Source: a virus | Taxonomy: Duplodnaviria; Heunggongvirae; Uroviricota; Caudoviricetes | Virus record (IMG/VR): IMGVR_UViG_3300010369_000001 | Strand: one strand, 5' to 3' | Length of the DNA: 64,000 bases | Part shown: in pieces, positions 1 through 8,479 of the stretch | Layout: each line of letters starts with the position of its first letter | How positions within the stretch are numbered: position 1 is the stretch's first letter | The notes under the pieces: generated by a model | Told to the model about the DNA's origin: nothing | What the model saw: only the letters and a program-made list of their open reading frames with translations | Database searches by the model: none | Translations under genes and position numbers: made by a program

Positions 1-147
1 CACCTAACTTAATAATAACTTCATTATTATCATTCGTTGGTAATGCCAGTGTATCAAGTAACGTCTTATCTTTTCCAAGCGTCAATGAATGCGTACTACT
101 ACTATTTGTTTCAAATACCCCGTATCTAATTATTTTCATTTTAATTC
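1..147 (-). CDS. partial CDS (N-terminal 49 aa, gene continues beyond window start); paralogue of 149..493
   Basis: Minus-strand translation from ATG at 145-147 gives MKIIRYGVFETNSSSTHSLTLGKDK... This shares the N-terminal motif GVFETNSSSTHSLTL with the adjacent ORF. Confidence 0.4.
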
Positions 148-148
148 C

Positions 149-493
149 TTAACCGTCCCAGCCAAAATATCCAAACGCTACGACACGGGTACCATTCTTA
201 CAAGTATGAACTTCATCAAATGTTTCCATATCAGCTTCATCAAAGAATTGTGTATAGGTTAATAGACGTTCATCCTCGTCATAATCGCAATCATCTTCAC
301 AGTCTTCCTCGTCATCATCACAGAAAGCACATTTGCCTTTCTGTTCTTCTGCCTTGATTAACTCACCTTTCCACTTGCTATAAAGCAGTTCGCCTCTTTT
401 CCACTTCTCAAAATCTTCAAAGTCTACAAGAGTCAAACTATGTGTCGAACTACTATTTGTTTCAAATACTCCCGCTCTAATTATTTTTTTCAT
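149..493 (-). CDS. hypothetical protein with conserved N-terminal motif (GVFETNSSSTHSLTL) and acidic Cys-rich segment (CAFCDDDEEDCEDDCDYDEDE)
   Basis: ORF track; N-terminal motif duplicated in the upstream partial ORF; D/E/C-rich tract. Confidence 0.5.
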   Translation of the reverse strand: MKKIIRAGVFETNSSSTHSLTLVDFEDFEKWKRGELLYSKWKGELIKAEEQKGKCAFCDDDEEDCEDDCDYDEDERLLTYTQFFDEADMETFDEVHTCKNGTRVVAFGYFGWDG

Positions 494-504
494 TTCTTTT
501 TCTT

Positions 505-870
505 TCAGATGTAGTGACCAGGGAACGCAGTTTCTAACTGATGCTCTATTCGCAACTTTCGTAAAATAGCTTCATCAGTGATAGGCTCCTCGTGACCATT
601 ACTTTCCCATACGGTATCCAAGAATTCTACAATCTCACGATTATAGTCAGGTAATCTTTCTTTAAGACGCATTAAGCTACCTAGCTGCTTTGCTTCAAAG
701 TCAGCCCTTCTTTTCTGTAGCTTAATTAATGTATTTACTATTTCTTCTGTCCTAGAATCTACTTTTGTCCGTGTAACCTCAATATGTTCCCCAGCTGCAT
801 TATTAAATACTTTACTTACCCGCACATCCATCTGCGACGGATTCCGGTGATGGCGTTTCATTTCCGACAT
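505..870 (-). CDS. hypothetical protein
   Basis: 121-aa minus-strand ORF in the gene tiling path; no recognisable motif. Confidence 0.4.
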   Translation of the reverse strand: MSEMKRHHRNPSQMDVRVSKVFNNAAGEHIEVTRTKVDSRTEEIVNTLIKLQKRRADFEAKQLGSLMRLKERLPDYNREIVEFLDTVWESNGHEEPITDEAILRKLRIEHQLETAFPGHYI

Positions 871-1300
871 TCCATTTCTCCTGAATAAATTTTTGTAAAT
901 CTTTTACATATGATTCTCGCCACTGCTGTTCAGCAGAGCCATAAGATACGAGGGCACTATGATACTGGTACAGTAACGCACCAGCTACAAACCCTTGGAA
1001 TATTAAGAAAGATATATCAGTAACTGGAATACCAATATCTGCAAACGTCTCAAAGGGTTCCTCAAAGACAGTGCAAGCTAAAATCCTATCACAGTAATCA
1101 GTATAGAACTTAATTGCTGGCTCTAATTTAGCCGGTGTAATATTATGTTCGGCCAGAAATAGATGAAACTCTGCATATTCTGGATTGGTTACAACATCAA
1201 TAGCTGTTTTAACAGCTTGTGGATATAACCCAACGATTGAATGGCTGGGCTGGTAAAAGGGGCTGCCCTCAGCCCCTTGCGGTCGCATAAATAATCCCAT
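812..1300 (-). CDS. hypothetical protein
   Basis: 162-aa ORF; its stop abuts the start of the downstream gene (1300/1301). Confidence 0.45.
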   Translation of the reverse strand: MGLFMRPQGAEGSPFYQPSHSIVGLYPQAVKTAIDVVTNPEYAEFHLFLAEHNITPAKLEPAIKFYTDYCDRILACTVFEEPFETFADIGIPVTDISFLIFQGFVAGALLYQYHSALVSYGSAEQQWRESYVKDLQKFIQEKWNVGNETPSPESVADGCAGK

Positions 1301-1795
1301 TTAAGTTCTTTTCTTTGAAGCTATAGACACTGCATCTTCAACTGACCAGCCTCTATTTATTCTTTTTTGAATAGTACCGTGAGGTACTCCTAATTTCTCA
1401 GCCCAAAACTGTAATGGTTGTTTTTCACCATTTACTTCAAGTATACGATTACTTCTTTTGTTGCGTGAATTAATTAATCGTGTAGTCCATCTACAATTAC
1501 TAGGACAATAATCACCATTATTATCAATTCTATCAATTTCTAAATTATCCGCATACTTATTAGATAAAGACCAATCACGAAAAGCAATAAAAGATTTAGA
1601 CCACTCATCACACACTTTAATTCCACGCCCGCCATAATTTGGATAAGCTTGTGAATTTATATTTTGGCATCGTTTTAAAATATCTGCCCAAATACTATAG
1701 AGTCTACTTCTTTTTCCTCGTTGACTCTCCCCATGTTGTTCCCGAGTGGAAGGCCTACCAAACTCTTCACGAGTAATATCTTTATTGATTTTCAA
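1301..1795 (-). CDS. HNH homing endonuclease (HNH_3-like) with C-terminal HTH; TTG start
   Basis: Motifs YSIWADILKRC...NYGGRGIKVCDEW...DRIDNNGDYCPSNCRWTT...N; paralogue of 2101..2748 and 45803..46456. There is no in-frame ATG, and the first start codon after the upstream stop is TTG at 1793-1795. Confidence 0.65.
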   Translation of the reverse strand: MKINKDITREEFGRPSTREQHGESQRGKRSRLYSIWADILKRCQNINSQAYPNYGGRGIKVCDEWSKSFIAFRDWSLSNKYADNLEIDRIDNNGDYCPSNCRWTTRLINSRNKRSNRILEVNGEKQPLQFWAEKLGVPHGTIQKRINRGWSVEDAVSIASKKRT

Positions 1796-1893
1796 ACGAT
1801 ATTTAAGAGTATCAATAGATAATCCAATTTCTGTGAGGCTTCTACAATACTTTCAAATTCAAAAATTTTTCGTTTATTATGAGTAGCCATTAA

Positions 1894-2094
1894 CTAACGT
1901 GTGGTCTTTTTTGCGTTATCTCTAATAATAGGTATATCCTTTGGACAAGATATACCTATTTTAACGCGTGAACCTTTAATTTCTCTAACGACAACTTCAA
2001 TGTTGTCTCCAATAAAAATCTTTTCATTAACCGCTCGTGTTAAAACTAGGAACGGTTTCTTTTCTCCTTCTTCTTGTCCTTCAAATACTGGCAT
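1894..2094 (-). CDS. csrA: carbon storage regulator CsrA/RsmA homologue with 14-aa N-terminal extension
   Basis: FLVLTRAVNEKIFIGDNIEVVVREIKGSRVKIGISCPKDIPIIRDN aligns residue-by-residue with E. coli CsrA [47 protein letters not shown]; ATG at 2092-2094. Confidence 0.75.
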   Translation of the reverse strand: MPVFEGQEEGEKKPFLVLTRAVNEKIFIGDNIEVVVREIKGSRVKIGISCPKDIPIIRDNAKKTTR

Positions 2095-2100
2095 TTTTGT

Positions 2101-2748
2101 TTAAACTTCTTCTACGTGTGTAAGAGCATGCTCCATTGACCAGCCCTTTTTTAATCTATTGAGCAATACTGCTCTTGTTATTCCATATTCCTCACACCAA
2201 TAGGCAACACAATGAGTTTCATTGTTGTACGTTAATAAACGATTTCCACGTTTATTACGTTGGTTCAACTTATGCGATACCCAACGACAATTATCTGGCA
2301 TATAATCACCATCGTTATTAGGGTACCTGTCTAACTGTAAACCTTTTTTATATCCATTATTCACAGACCATTTTTCAAACTCTTCATAAACTGCCCACTC
2401 ATTACAAATTTTTATTCCTCTTCCACCATAATTTTTATAAGCTACACAATTTGGATTTAAGCATCTTTGCCGCATACTTACCCAAATACTATATAGTTTA
2501 GGACGATTATTGTTACGTAAATGTCCATGTTTAGTATTAGCTTTAGCTCTTGCTTCAACACCAATACATCCACAACCTTGTATTCGTTTATTTTGTAATT
2601 GAGAACCTACAACATAAACAATTGTTTTAGCTACACATGAACATTGACATTTCCAATAAATACTACCACATTTATCTCGTCTAGTAGTTTCTTCAAGAAC
2701 AGTTAAACGTCCAAATGTTTTATCTTTTAAATTTATTTTTGCTGGCAC
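2101..2748 (-). CDS. HNH homing endonuclease (HNH_3-like) with N-terminal Cys-rich zinc-finger region; GTG start coupled to upstream stop
   Basis: CGSIYWKCQCSCV...CGCIG Cys cluster, then LYSIWVSMRQRC...NYGGRGIKICNEW...DRYPNNDGDYMPDNCRWVS and a C-terminal HTH. GTG at 2746-2748 overlaps the TAG of 2748..3590. Confidence 0.65.
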   Translation of the reverse strand: MPAKINLKDKTFGRLTVLEETTRRDKCGSIYWKCQCSCVAKTIVYVVGSQLQNKRIQGCGCIGVEARAKANTKHGHLRNNNRPKLYSIWVSMRQRCLNPNCVAYKNYGGRGIKICNEWAVYEEFEKWSVNNGYKKGLQLDRYPNNDGDYMPDNCRWVSHKLNQRNKRGNRLLTYNNETHCVAYWCEEYGITRAVLLNRLKKGWSMEHALTHVEEV

Positions 2749-3590
2749 TATACTTCCTCAGCATGCGATGCAATAACTGTATCCACTGTATCAGAAAGAG
2801 TGATCCCGATGTCTTTCACAAGAGCTACAAAATCATTAATACTACTTGCCGCTGCGTCCAATGCATCCACACTCATACTTTCCAATGTCTCAATCGACAC
2901 ATCATCCCTCCATTCCGTAATCTTCACACCCAACTTCTCAAACTTCTTAGTCACCGACTCAACCAGGTCATGAAGCTGGACACAAAGACTCTCAATATCG
3001 CCTTCTCCCGCTAACTCGTCAAGAGCGTCGCCATCTTTCTTACCTTTAGGCTGAGCTACAACTTCGTCATCAATATTGTGCGAAACTGTCTTACGCTCAA
3101 CCCCTAGAATAGCATCGACAGCCGCTCCTACCGCGCGAGAATAAAGAAGCTCTCCAGAAAAGATACGGTCGATAATCGATTGGCGGTCGATGGCATGCTC
3201 CTGAGAAGATAGGCGATTTAGCTCTCGAAGGTGCGCTAACGTTATTTTTACATTTTCTTTCCTGGCATCAGCTACTAATTGCACAAGATACTCATATCCC
3301 AAGATTTCACACAGCTTAGCTGCGTGATATAGGCTGCTGGTTGCTACGCCTAAAATTGAGGAAATAACCTCTACAAGATTATTGCTATATTCCTCCTTAT
3401 CCTCTGAACTAGCTAGCTGCTCTCTACGAACAGCTACGTCATTTCCTAGAGAAAGCATGTTCTCCAGCTCGGTAAAGCTATTGAAATTCTTGCCATGCTT
3501 TTCTACCAACGCTTTATCTTCTGCGTCTAAGCCCGCCAATAAGGCATCATATTTTTCAGAAACGGTGACAGATTTTTTAGTTTTTGCCAT
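2748..3590 (-). CDS. hypothetical acidic protein
   Basis: 280-aa ORF starting MAKTKKSV...; no recognisable catalytic motif. Confidence 0.5.
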   Translation of the reverse strand: MAKTKKSVTVSEKYDALLAGLDAEDKALVEKHGKNFNSFTELENMLSLGNDVAVRREQLASSEDKEEYSNNLVEVISSILGVATSSLYHAAKLCEILGYEYLVQLVADARKENVKITLAHLRELNRLSSQEHAIDRQSIIDRIFSGELLYSRAVGAAVDAILGVERKTVSHNIDDEVVAQPKGKKDGDALDELAGEGDIESLCVQLHDLVESVTKKFEKLGVKITEWRDDVSIETLESMSVDALDAAASSINDFVALVKDIGITLSDTVDTVIASHAEEV

Positions 3591-3648
3591 AAATTTTTAC
3601 TGACTAAGGGTTTGAAAGGCCCAAATATAGCAAAAATTTAGCTGATTG

Positions 3649-4035
3649 TCAAGGGGTAGGGCGGAAATTTACTTCCTGAATAAGCTTAATAAATTCGGAA
3701 TTATCTTGAATAAACCTCGTAAATATAGTGGTAAGCGCCTCAATTTCGCGTTCTTTAGGTTGTTTTAACCCGCTGTGATAATAGGCGGCGTGAACAATTT
3801 CGTGCATTAATGTTCCAACATAGGTATCTCGTTCTACCTTATCAGAAACCTCAATTAGTCCTTTGGTGTAAGAAATCGTACCACAAATCTCCCTGTCGCC
3901 CTCATTTTCAAGCCTTTTTTGCTCAACCCGGTAATTTACTGGGCCAACTCTGATGGAATTTATTAGACTCATTCCGTCAGTATACCAGAAAAGTGGACAC
4001 GTCGCCATCGAAGGCGATTCCGAAAATTGCATCAA
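3649..4035 (-). CDS. putative zinc metallopeptidase (HExxH)
   Basis: GTLMHEIVHAAYYH contains HExxH in a small protein; the true start may be an internal Met (MATCPL.. or MSLINS..). Confidence 0.4.
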   Translation of the reverse strand: MMQFSESPSMATCPLFWYTDGMSLINSIRVGPVNYRVEQKRLENEGDREICGTISYTKGLIEVSDKVERDTYVGTLMHEIVHAAYYHSGLKQPKEREIEALTTIFTRFIQDNSEFIKLIQEVNFRPTP

Positions 4036-4359
4036 ATCAAGATACTACGTGTGTATCCGAGAGAAATAAATTCAGCTACCTTCTAGCTCGGCCTAGAAAA
4101 TAACCTACACTAACCATACTTTCTTTCCTATTTCGTGGGGCTAGTACGGTAAAACAGGGCAATCTTAGTGGCGCCGGGTTTTCTCTACCAAGATTATCTC
4201 GATCAACCCGCTCGCTAAGCAGCGAGGGCGAAAGCTCTATTTTTGCCTTCTAAAATGTTTGCAGCTCGATTTTTACGCAGCCAACGAGGCCATCTGCGAC
4301 ACGCACTTTAATCTTCAGCTAATCACGTCGATCCCTTTCGTGCCCAAGATATTATTATA

Positions 4360-4485
4360 TCAAATCCCAAAAAACATGAGAACTACAATCCTTATTGTTC
4401 CCATAACCGCCAAAACCGTCATACTTAAGGCCAGTGTTGCTAAGAGTAAACACAAACTATTAAACACCATAGTACCCATATCCAT
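4360..4485 (-). CDS. possible 41-aa hydrophobic peptide (below the ORF-track length cutoff)
   Basis: My own minus-strand translation: MDMGTMVFNSLCLLLATLALSMTVLAVMGTIRIVVLMFFGI. It lies in the otherwise non-coding 4036..4502 gap. Confidence 0.2.
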   Translation of the reverse strand: MDMGTMVFNSLCLLLATLALSMTVLAVMGTIRIVVLMFFGI

Positions 4486-4502
4486 TTGCCTAAGCCAGTT
4501 CT

Positions 4503-4790
4503 TCATTTATTGTCCTTTTTACTGAATAAAAGCTTCTTAATTTCTTCCTTAGTTCCTTTGCACACATATTTACCGAACGTTGTATATAGCGTACAAGTTG
4601 ACGTATCTTTAACTACTACTTCACGTATGCCTTGAATAGAGCCATAGGGTAAACAAACAGTTTCATTACCAACTAGCTCTATGTCATACCACACATCATT
4701 CCATGTGGCGGACTTATATGTTCCAAAGGGATTACTATTACTGCTAGCACCAAATAATTGTTCAAATATGCTTTGATTTGTCACAGTCAT
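4503..4790 (-). CDS. hypothetical protein
   Basis: 95-aa ORF; its start abuts the stop of the upstream gene at 4790. Confidence 0.45.
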   Translation of the reverse strand: MTVTNQSIFEQLFGASSNSNPFGTYKSATWNDVWYDIELVGNETVCLPYGSIQGIREVVVKDTSTCTLYTTFGKYVCKGTKEEIKKLLFSKKDNK

Positions 4791-5167
4791 TACGTTGTTC
4801 CGCTGGGTGGTACCTGTTCACTAAAAATCTTTCTATATTTATCTGCATCAGGGCCCGCTGTCCAAGGCGCCGCTGATACGCGCTTCACATCTTCCCGGTG
4901 TTTTTCAAGCAATTCACGCAATTTCTTTTGCCCAGCTTCAGTGTCCAAATCTGCCGCCGTAAACTTAGCACTAGAAAGTGGCAATTCAACTCTCCCGGTA
5001 AACATATCTTGCATTGGAACTATAGCGCGATGCCCTTTATAGACAAACTCTAATAATTCATTATCACCATTTGGCGTACTGTCATATGTTGCCCCTAACT
5101 CTATCAGCGCAATAAGATTGTCACTTATATTACTAACGTATTTGAAAAATTTATCCAATTTAGTCAT
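4790..5167 (-). CDS. hypothetical protein
   Basis: 125-aa ORF, start/stop coupled to neighbours. Confidence 0.5.
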   Translation of the reverse strand: MTKLDKFFKYVSNISDNLIALIELGATYDSTPNGDNELLEFVYKGHRAIVPMQDMFTGRVELPLSSAKFTAADLDTEAGQKKLRELLEKHREDVKRVSAAPWTAGPDADKYRKIFSEQVPPSGTT

Positions 5168-5499
5168 TCTTCTGTTATCTCCACTTGTGAGTCTATGAAT
5201 TTAATTTTTTCTGCTAATTCCGTCATTAGGTAATCAACATCTACTGCCCTAGCGTTGTCAAGCCGTTTGCATAAGAGATATAAGTCTTTAGCTTGGCTCA
5301 TTAAGAAGACATTTCCCAAGGCCTGCTGCTCACCAACATCTTTACCTATTGAGACAACCAGACATAATTCTCGACCATCATCAGCTTCTGCTATAGCAAT
5401 ATGCGGAAATTCTACATAGTGACTAACTCTCCAAGGGCCGGGTGTTACTGGATATTTCTCTAATGTATCTGTCTTCTTCTTTGATCGTTTCTTCGTCAT
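5164..5499 (-). CDS. hypothetical protein
   Basis: 111-aa ORF with an ATGA-type overlap with the neighbouring gene. Confidence 0.5.
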   Translation of the reverse strand: MTKKRSKKKTDTLEKYPVTPGPWRVSHYVEFPHIAIAEADDGRELCLVVSIGKDVGEQQALGNVFLMSQAKDLYLLCKRLDNARAVDVDYLMTELAEKIKFIDSQVEITEE

Positions 5500-6001
5500 A
5501 TGGGTTTATTGGGGTTATTATTTCTCGGCCAATTATTAACCAGATCCAAAAATACCGTGTACGCTCTGTAACTAACCACAGCCGTGTATCCTCGCGCGGA
5601 TTTACTGGAAGCACATCATTCACTCGAAGTACATTTATCCCGTGAAAAAGTCGTGAGCTGCTAAGTGAAGTTGCTGCCGGAAAACTATTTCTAGCTACAA
5701 CCACGTCTATCTGCTCTCCTCTATACTCAAGTGTTTGAATAGGTAGCTCTTCTATTTTAGATATAAACTGTGAAACGCCATGTCGTTCACTAACAACTGC
5801 ATTACCTATAAAAGAGCCTACGCCGCCTAAAAGTAATAGTGTTACCCCAAAAAACCAGCACCAAGCCGTGAACCACTCATTTAACCCATAATTACGACAA
5901 GTTTTAAAGAAAACCAAAGACCAGAAACCTACATTTAACCAAAATAACCAAAATAGCTGACCGTTATGTACACTATCAAGTAACATCTGTGTTGTTATCA
6001 T
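5423..6001 (-). CDS. hypothetical membrane protein
   Basis: Hydrophobic helices WLFWLNVGFWSLVFF and WCWFFGVTLLLLGGVGSFIG; the start may be an internal Met. Confidence 0.45.
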   Translation of the reverse strand: MITTQMLLDSVHNGQLFWLFWLNVGFWSLVFFKTCRNYGLNEWFTAWCWFFGVTLLLLGGVGSFIGNAVVSERHGVSQFISKIEELPIQTLEYRGEQIDVVVARNSFPAATSLSSSRLFHGINVLRVNDVLPVNPREDTRLWLVTERTRYFWIWLIIGREIITPINPYDEETIKEEDRYIREISSNTRPLES

Positions 6002-6329
6002 TTGGAAAAGGCCCTAAGCTGGGCTGTAAAAGTTTTGGAACATAACGCAACTTCTTACGAATATTGCCTTTCTTAGTTAACTGCTGCGCCAGACATTGGT
6101 CGTCGCAGAATAGTAACAGCGCCTGTTTAGTCGTTACTGGCTGCCACCCCGTATCTAAAGCAACTTTAGCTAACTGATGACCATAAATAATTGGCTCCGA
6201 GCCGAACAGGGTTACTCGCTTTCTACACGTAACACATACTAACGTAGTTGGCTCACTCATGATGATACGTCGTGAGTTATTGGTAGAATACACTCTAACG
6301 CAGCCCACTGTGTTGCGCCCATGCTGCAA
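5976..6329 (-). CDS. hypothetical protein (CxxC pairs)
   Basis: LVCVTCRK...FCDDQC suggests a possible zinc ribbon. Confidence 0.4.
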   Translation of the reverse strand: MQHGRNTVGCVRVYSTNNSRRIIMSEPTTLVCVTCRKRVTLFGSEPIIYGHQLAKVALDTGWQPVTTKQALLLFCDDQCLAQQLTKKGNIRKKLRYVPKLLQPSLGPFPNDNNTDVT

Positions 6330-6703
6330 AATTTATAGCGGACTGGGAATAGGCTGCTTTTTATGTTGTGCTCAATTTGTTTTTTAAATATTTCCAAGGT
6401 TGTGCCTCGCTGCTTAGCCCAAGTTACACAAAGCCCTACTGGGAAATCCGGATCATCTTCATCGGCGTTCCAGAAAATATGGACAGCAAAGAGCTGTTTA
6501 ATATGTTTAAACCCAAACTGCCCTTCCCTGATTTCCTCCATAAACATTAAATAATGTCCACGATCTTCGGGCACGTCATCGTCCCAATACTGTTCATCAA
6601 TCTTGGGAAAACCACTTTTACCGTAAACCGCTGCTGACATAGCCTTAGCTACCCTATCACCACTTTGTTCTTCAGTCTTCTGGGACATCGTTTCTTCTTG
6701 CAA
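6257..6703 (-). CDS. hypothetical protein
   Basis: 148-aa ORF. Confidence 0.45.
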   Translation of the reverse strand: MQEETMSQKTEEQSGDRVAKAMSAAVYGKSGFPKIDEQYWDDDVPEDRGHYLMFMEEIREGQFGFKHIKQLFAVHIFWNADEDDPDFPVGLCVTWAKQRGTTLEIFKKQIEHNIKSSLFPVRYKFCSMGATQWAALECILPITHDVSS

Positions 6704-7208
6704 TTTTCTCTAATAAGTTTATTAACCAGCGTACTTGAGACGTCAATAATGTATACGCTCTTAGCTTATCTTCTTGATGCGAATGATAATCCATATAAAG
6801 CGTATCTATTACATTCTTCAATATTTTTCTATCGTCATACTCTAACTGAAGTCTTCCGTCCCATTCAGTAAAGAGAAACTGCTTAGATTTGTAATCAAAA
6901 TTATCTTCATTGCGCACAAGCATACAAGCAACATGCTCAGGGACATGCTGAATAAATGCCGCCATATCATCACAAAAAACTTCAATTCCAAGCTCAACAA
7001 TCGCCTTAGCTTTAGAATCATCATCTTTATTTGCGTAAATAATATCTTTATATTTGATACCTAAGCTTTCAAGCTCCGCTTCATCTCTAGCTCTATTAAC
7101 TGGGCGATAGGTAAGAATATATACATCATCCAGCCAACAGTTAGATAAATAAGCAAAAACCTTTGGATACCTAGTAATACAGCCGTCAATATCTAAAGCT
7201 ATTTTCAT
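6672..7208 (-). CDS. HAD-superfamily hydrolase (putative phosphatase/nucleotidase)
   Basis: N-terminal MKIALDIDGCIT carries the DxDGxxT motif I of HAD phosphatases; ATG at 7206-7208. Confidence 0.55.
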   Translation of the reverse strand: MKIALDIDGCITRYPKVFAYLSNCWLDDVYILTYRPVNRARDEAELESLGIKYKDIIYANKDDDSKAKAIVELGIEVFCDDMAAFIQHVPEHVACMLVRNEDNFDYKSKQFLFTEWDGRLQLEYDDRKILKNVIDTLYMDYHSHQEDKLRAYTLLTSQVRWLINLLEKIARRNDVPED

Positions 7209-7396
7209 GTCGTTACTGTCATTGCGTAATCAATTTCTTGCTGAACTACCTCATGAGGACGATTCACAAAATGAGTACAAAACGCTGTACCAATTACAGT
7301 ACCTTTTCCGCATTCGGACGGAACTACGGATTTAATGTATTTCACCGGAACCGTAACCGTGTAATCGTCCTTGTTAACATAGGAAAAACTTCTCAT
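7205..7396 (-). CDS. small hypothetical protein (start moved to ATG at 7394-7396)
   Basis: The ORF track gives 7205..7513, overlapping the Thg1-like gene by 116 nt. The ATG at 7394-7396 sits 1 nt after the Thg1 stop (TAGAATG) and gives MRSFSYVNKDDYTVTV... Confidence 0.35.
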   Translation of the reverse strand: MRSFSYVNKDDYTVTVPVKYIKSVVPSECGKGTVIGTAFCTHFVNRPHEVVQQEIDYAMTVTT

Positions 7397-7397
7397 T

Positions 7398-8219
7398 CTA
7401 CTCTCTCGTTTCTGCATGTAGTTCAGGCTCAGCGCCGTATAAAAGTACTTCTGTACGATTTTTGATTTTTGTAAGAATTGGAAAATCCATAATCTCAGTT
7501 CTGTTCCGCTCAAAGATTAAATCAGGGTTCGTTCGAGCTAAATGTTTTTCTGGTAGCTCATGTAACTCATCTGCTGTGAATTTTTCCAATACTCTAATTG
7601 TACGAATATAAGTACCTCGCTTTTGCTCATTTGAATAATCATTCCAATTAATCCCTTTTTCACTAAATAATTTCTCCTGTAACTGATTACAGCTAAGCTC
7701 CTGAAGAGATTTATGCGAGAAATTAGCTTGCGCAGCTGCTTGAATAGAATTACGGACTGCATCTAGCTCACGCCAGATAAAGTAGTTACCTACCTCTTCT
7801 TCGGGGTAGTTTGCAGCTCGGCAATCAAATATAGGCTCCATAGTCGCATGAACAGCCGGCGCTCCTGGTACAATAGCCATCGCATAATTAAATCGAACTG
7901 AGGCCATTGCAGCCAAAATAGAAACTATTTTAAACAGCTTCCCGTCAAAGAAAATCTGACTGTCATACTTTGGAGAATGAAACAATAATGAAATCTCGTC
8001 TGACTGGGTATAGCCTAGCTTAGCTCCAGTTTGTTTTACAAGATATTTCATAGTGTAAACCATAACTTGGTGAAACCCTTCATCAAAAGGTTTTCTAAAG
8101 TTCCTAGTTAATGTATGAAATGCTCTACCGTCTAATCGAGCTATTACTGGCACCATCGGTATAAGACTTTGCTGCCCTATTTGCTCATATATTTTCATTC
8201 TCTCCGCTAATGCTTCCAT
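7398..8219 (-). CDS. Thg1-like protein (tRNA-His guanylyltransferase / 3'-5' nucleotide polymerase family)
   Basis: VIARLDGRAFH, GYTQSDEISLLF and EKLFSEKGINWNDYSNEQKRGTYI match Thg1 VVRLDGRNFH, YGQSDEYSFVF and EILFSEFNINYNN..RKGTV, including the catalytic Asp and the D-E pair. Confidence 0.75.
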   Translation of the reverse strand: MEALAERMKIYEQIGQQSLIPMVPVIARLDGRAFHTLTRNFRKPFDEGFHQVMVYTMKYLVKQTGAKLGYTQSDEISLLFHSPKYDSQIFFDGKLFKIVSILAAMASVRFNYAMAIVPGAPAVHATMEPIFDCRAANYPEEEVGNYFIWRELDAVRNSIQAAAQANFSHKSLQELSCNQLQEKLFSEKGINWNDYSNEQKRGTYIRTIRVLEKFTADELHELPEKHLARTNPDLIFERNRTEIMDFPILTKIKNRTEVLLYGAEPELHAETRE

Positions 8220-8479
8220 TTTTCCTCCAATTCCTTAATTTGTACATCTAGCTCCTCTAACTGCTCGTCTGTAATCCACGGCTCATGAATTATTACAGCC
8301 CACTCAGTGCGCACTATTCCAGACATCATATATATGAGCCATCCTATTAAAATAAACACCTCATATTGCTGACCTAGCTTTAACCATGGCGATACAATCA
8401 TCATAAACAACAATATCGCTAATGCGCACAAAATAAAATGTGGATAAACTAAATCTCTACGCGGGAATAATGGGCTCAT
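8207..8479 (-). CDS. small membrane protein (two predicted TM helices)
   Basis: FILCALAILLFMMIVSPWL and VFILIGWLIYMMSGIV. Confidence 0.45.
   Translation of the reverse strand: MSPLFPRRDLVYPHFILCALAILLFMMIVSPWLKLGQQYEVFILIGWLIYMMSGIVRTEWAVIIHEPWITDEQLEELDVQIKELEEKWKH

Noticed and set aside
1301-1795. HNH gene as a pseudogene because it lacks an in-frame ATG
   Set aside because: The reading frame is intact, and motif-complete paralogues exist. A TTG start is acceptable in phages, so I called it a CDS with an unusual start.
4036-4502. Possible tRNA or other structured RNA gene in the long non-coding gap
   Set aside because: I could not build a cloverleaf. There is no 7-bp acceptor stem with a T-arm GTTC-like box at the correct spacing on either strand. 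The candidate stem GCGGGTT/AACCCGG encloses only ~26 nt.
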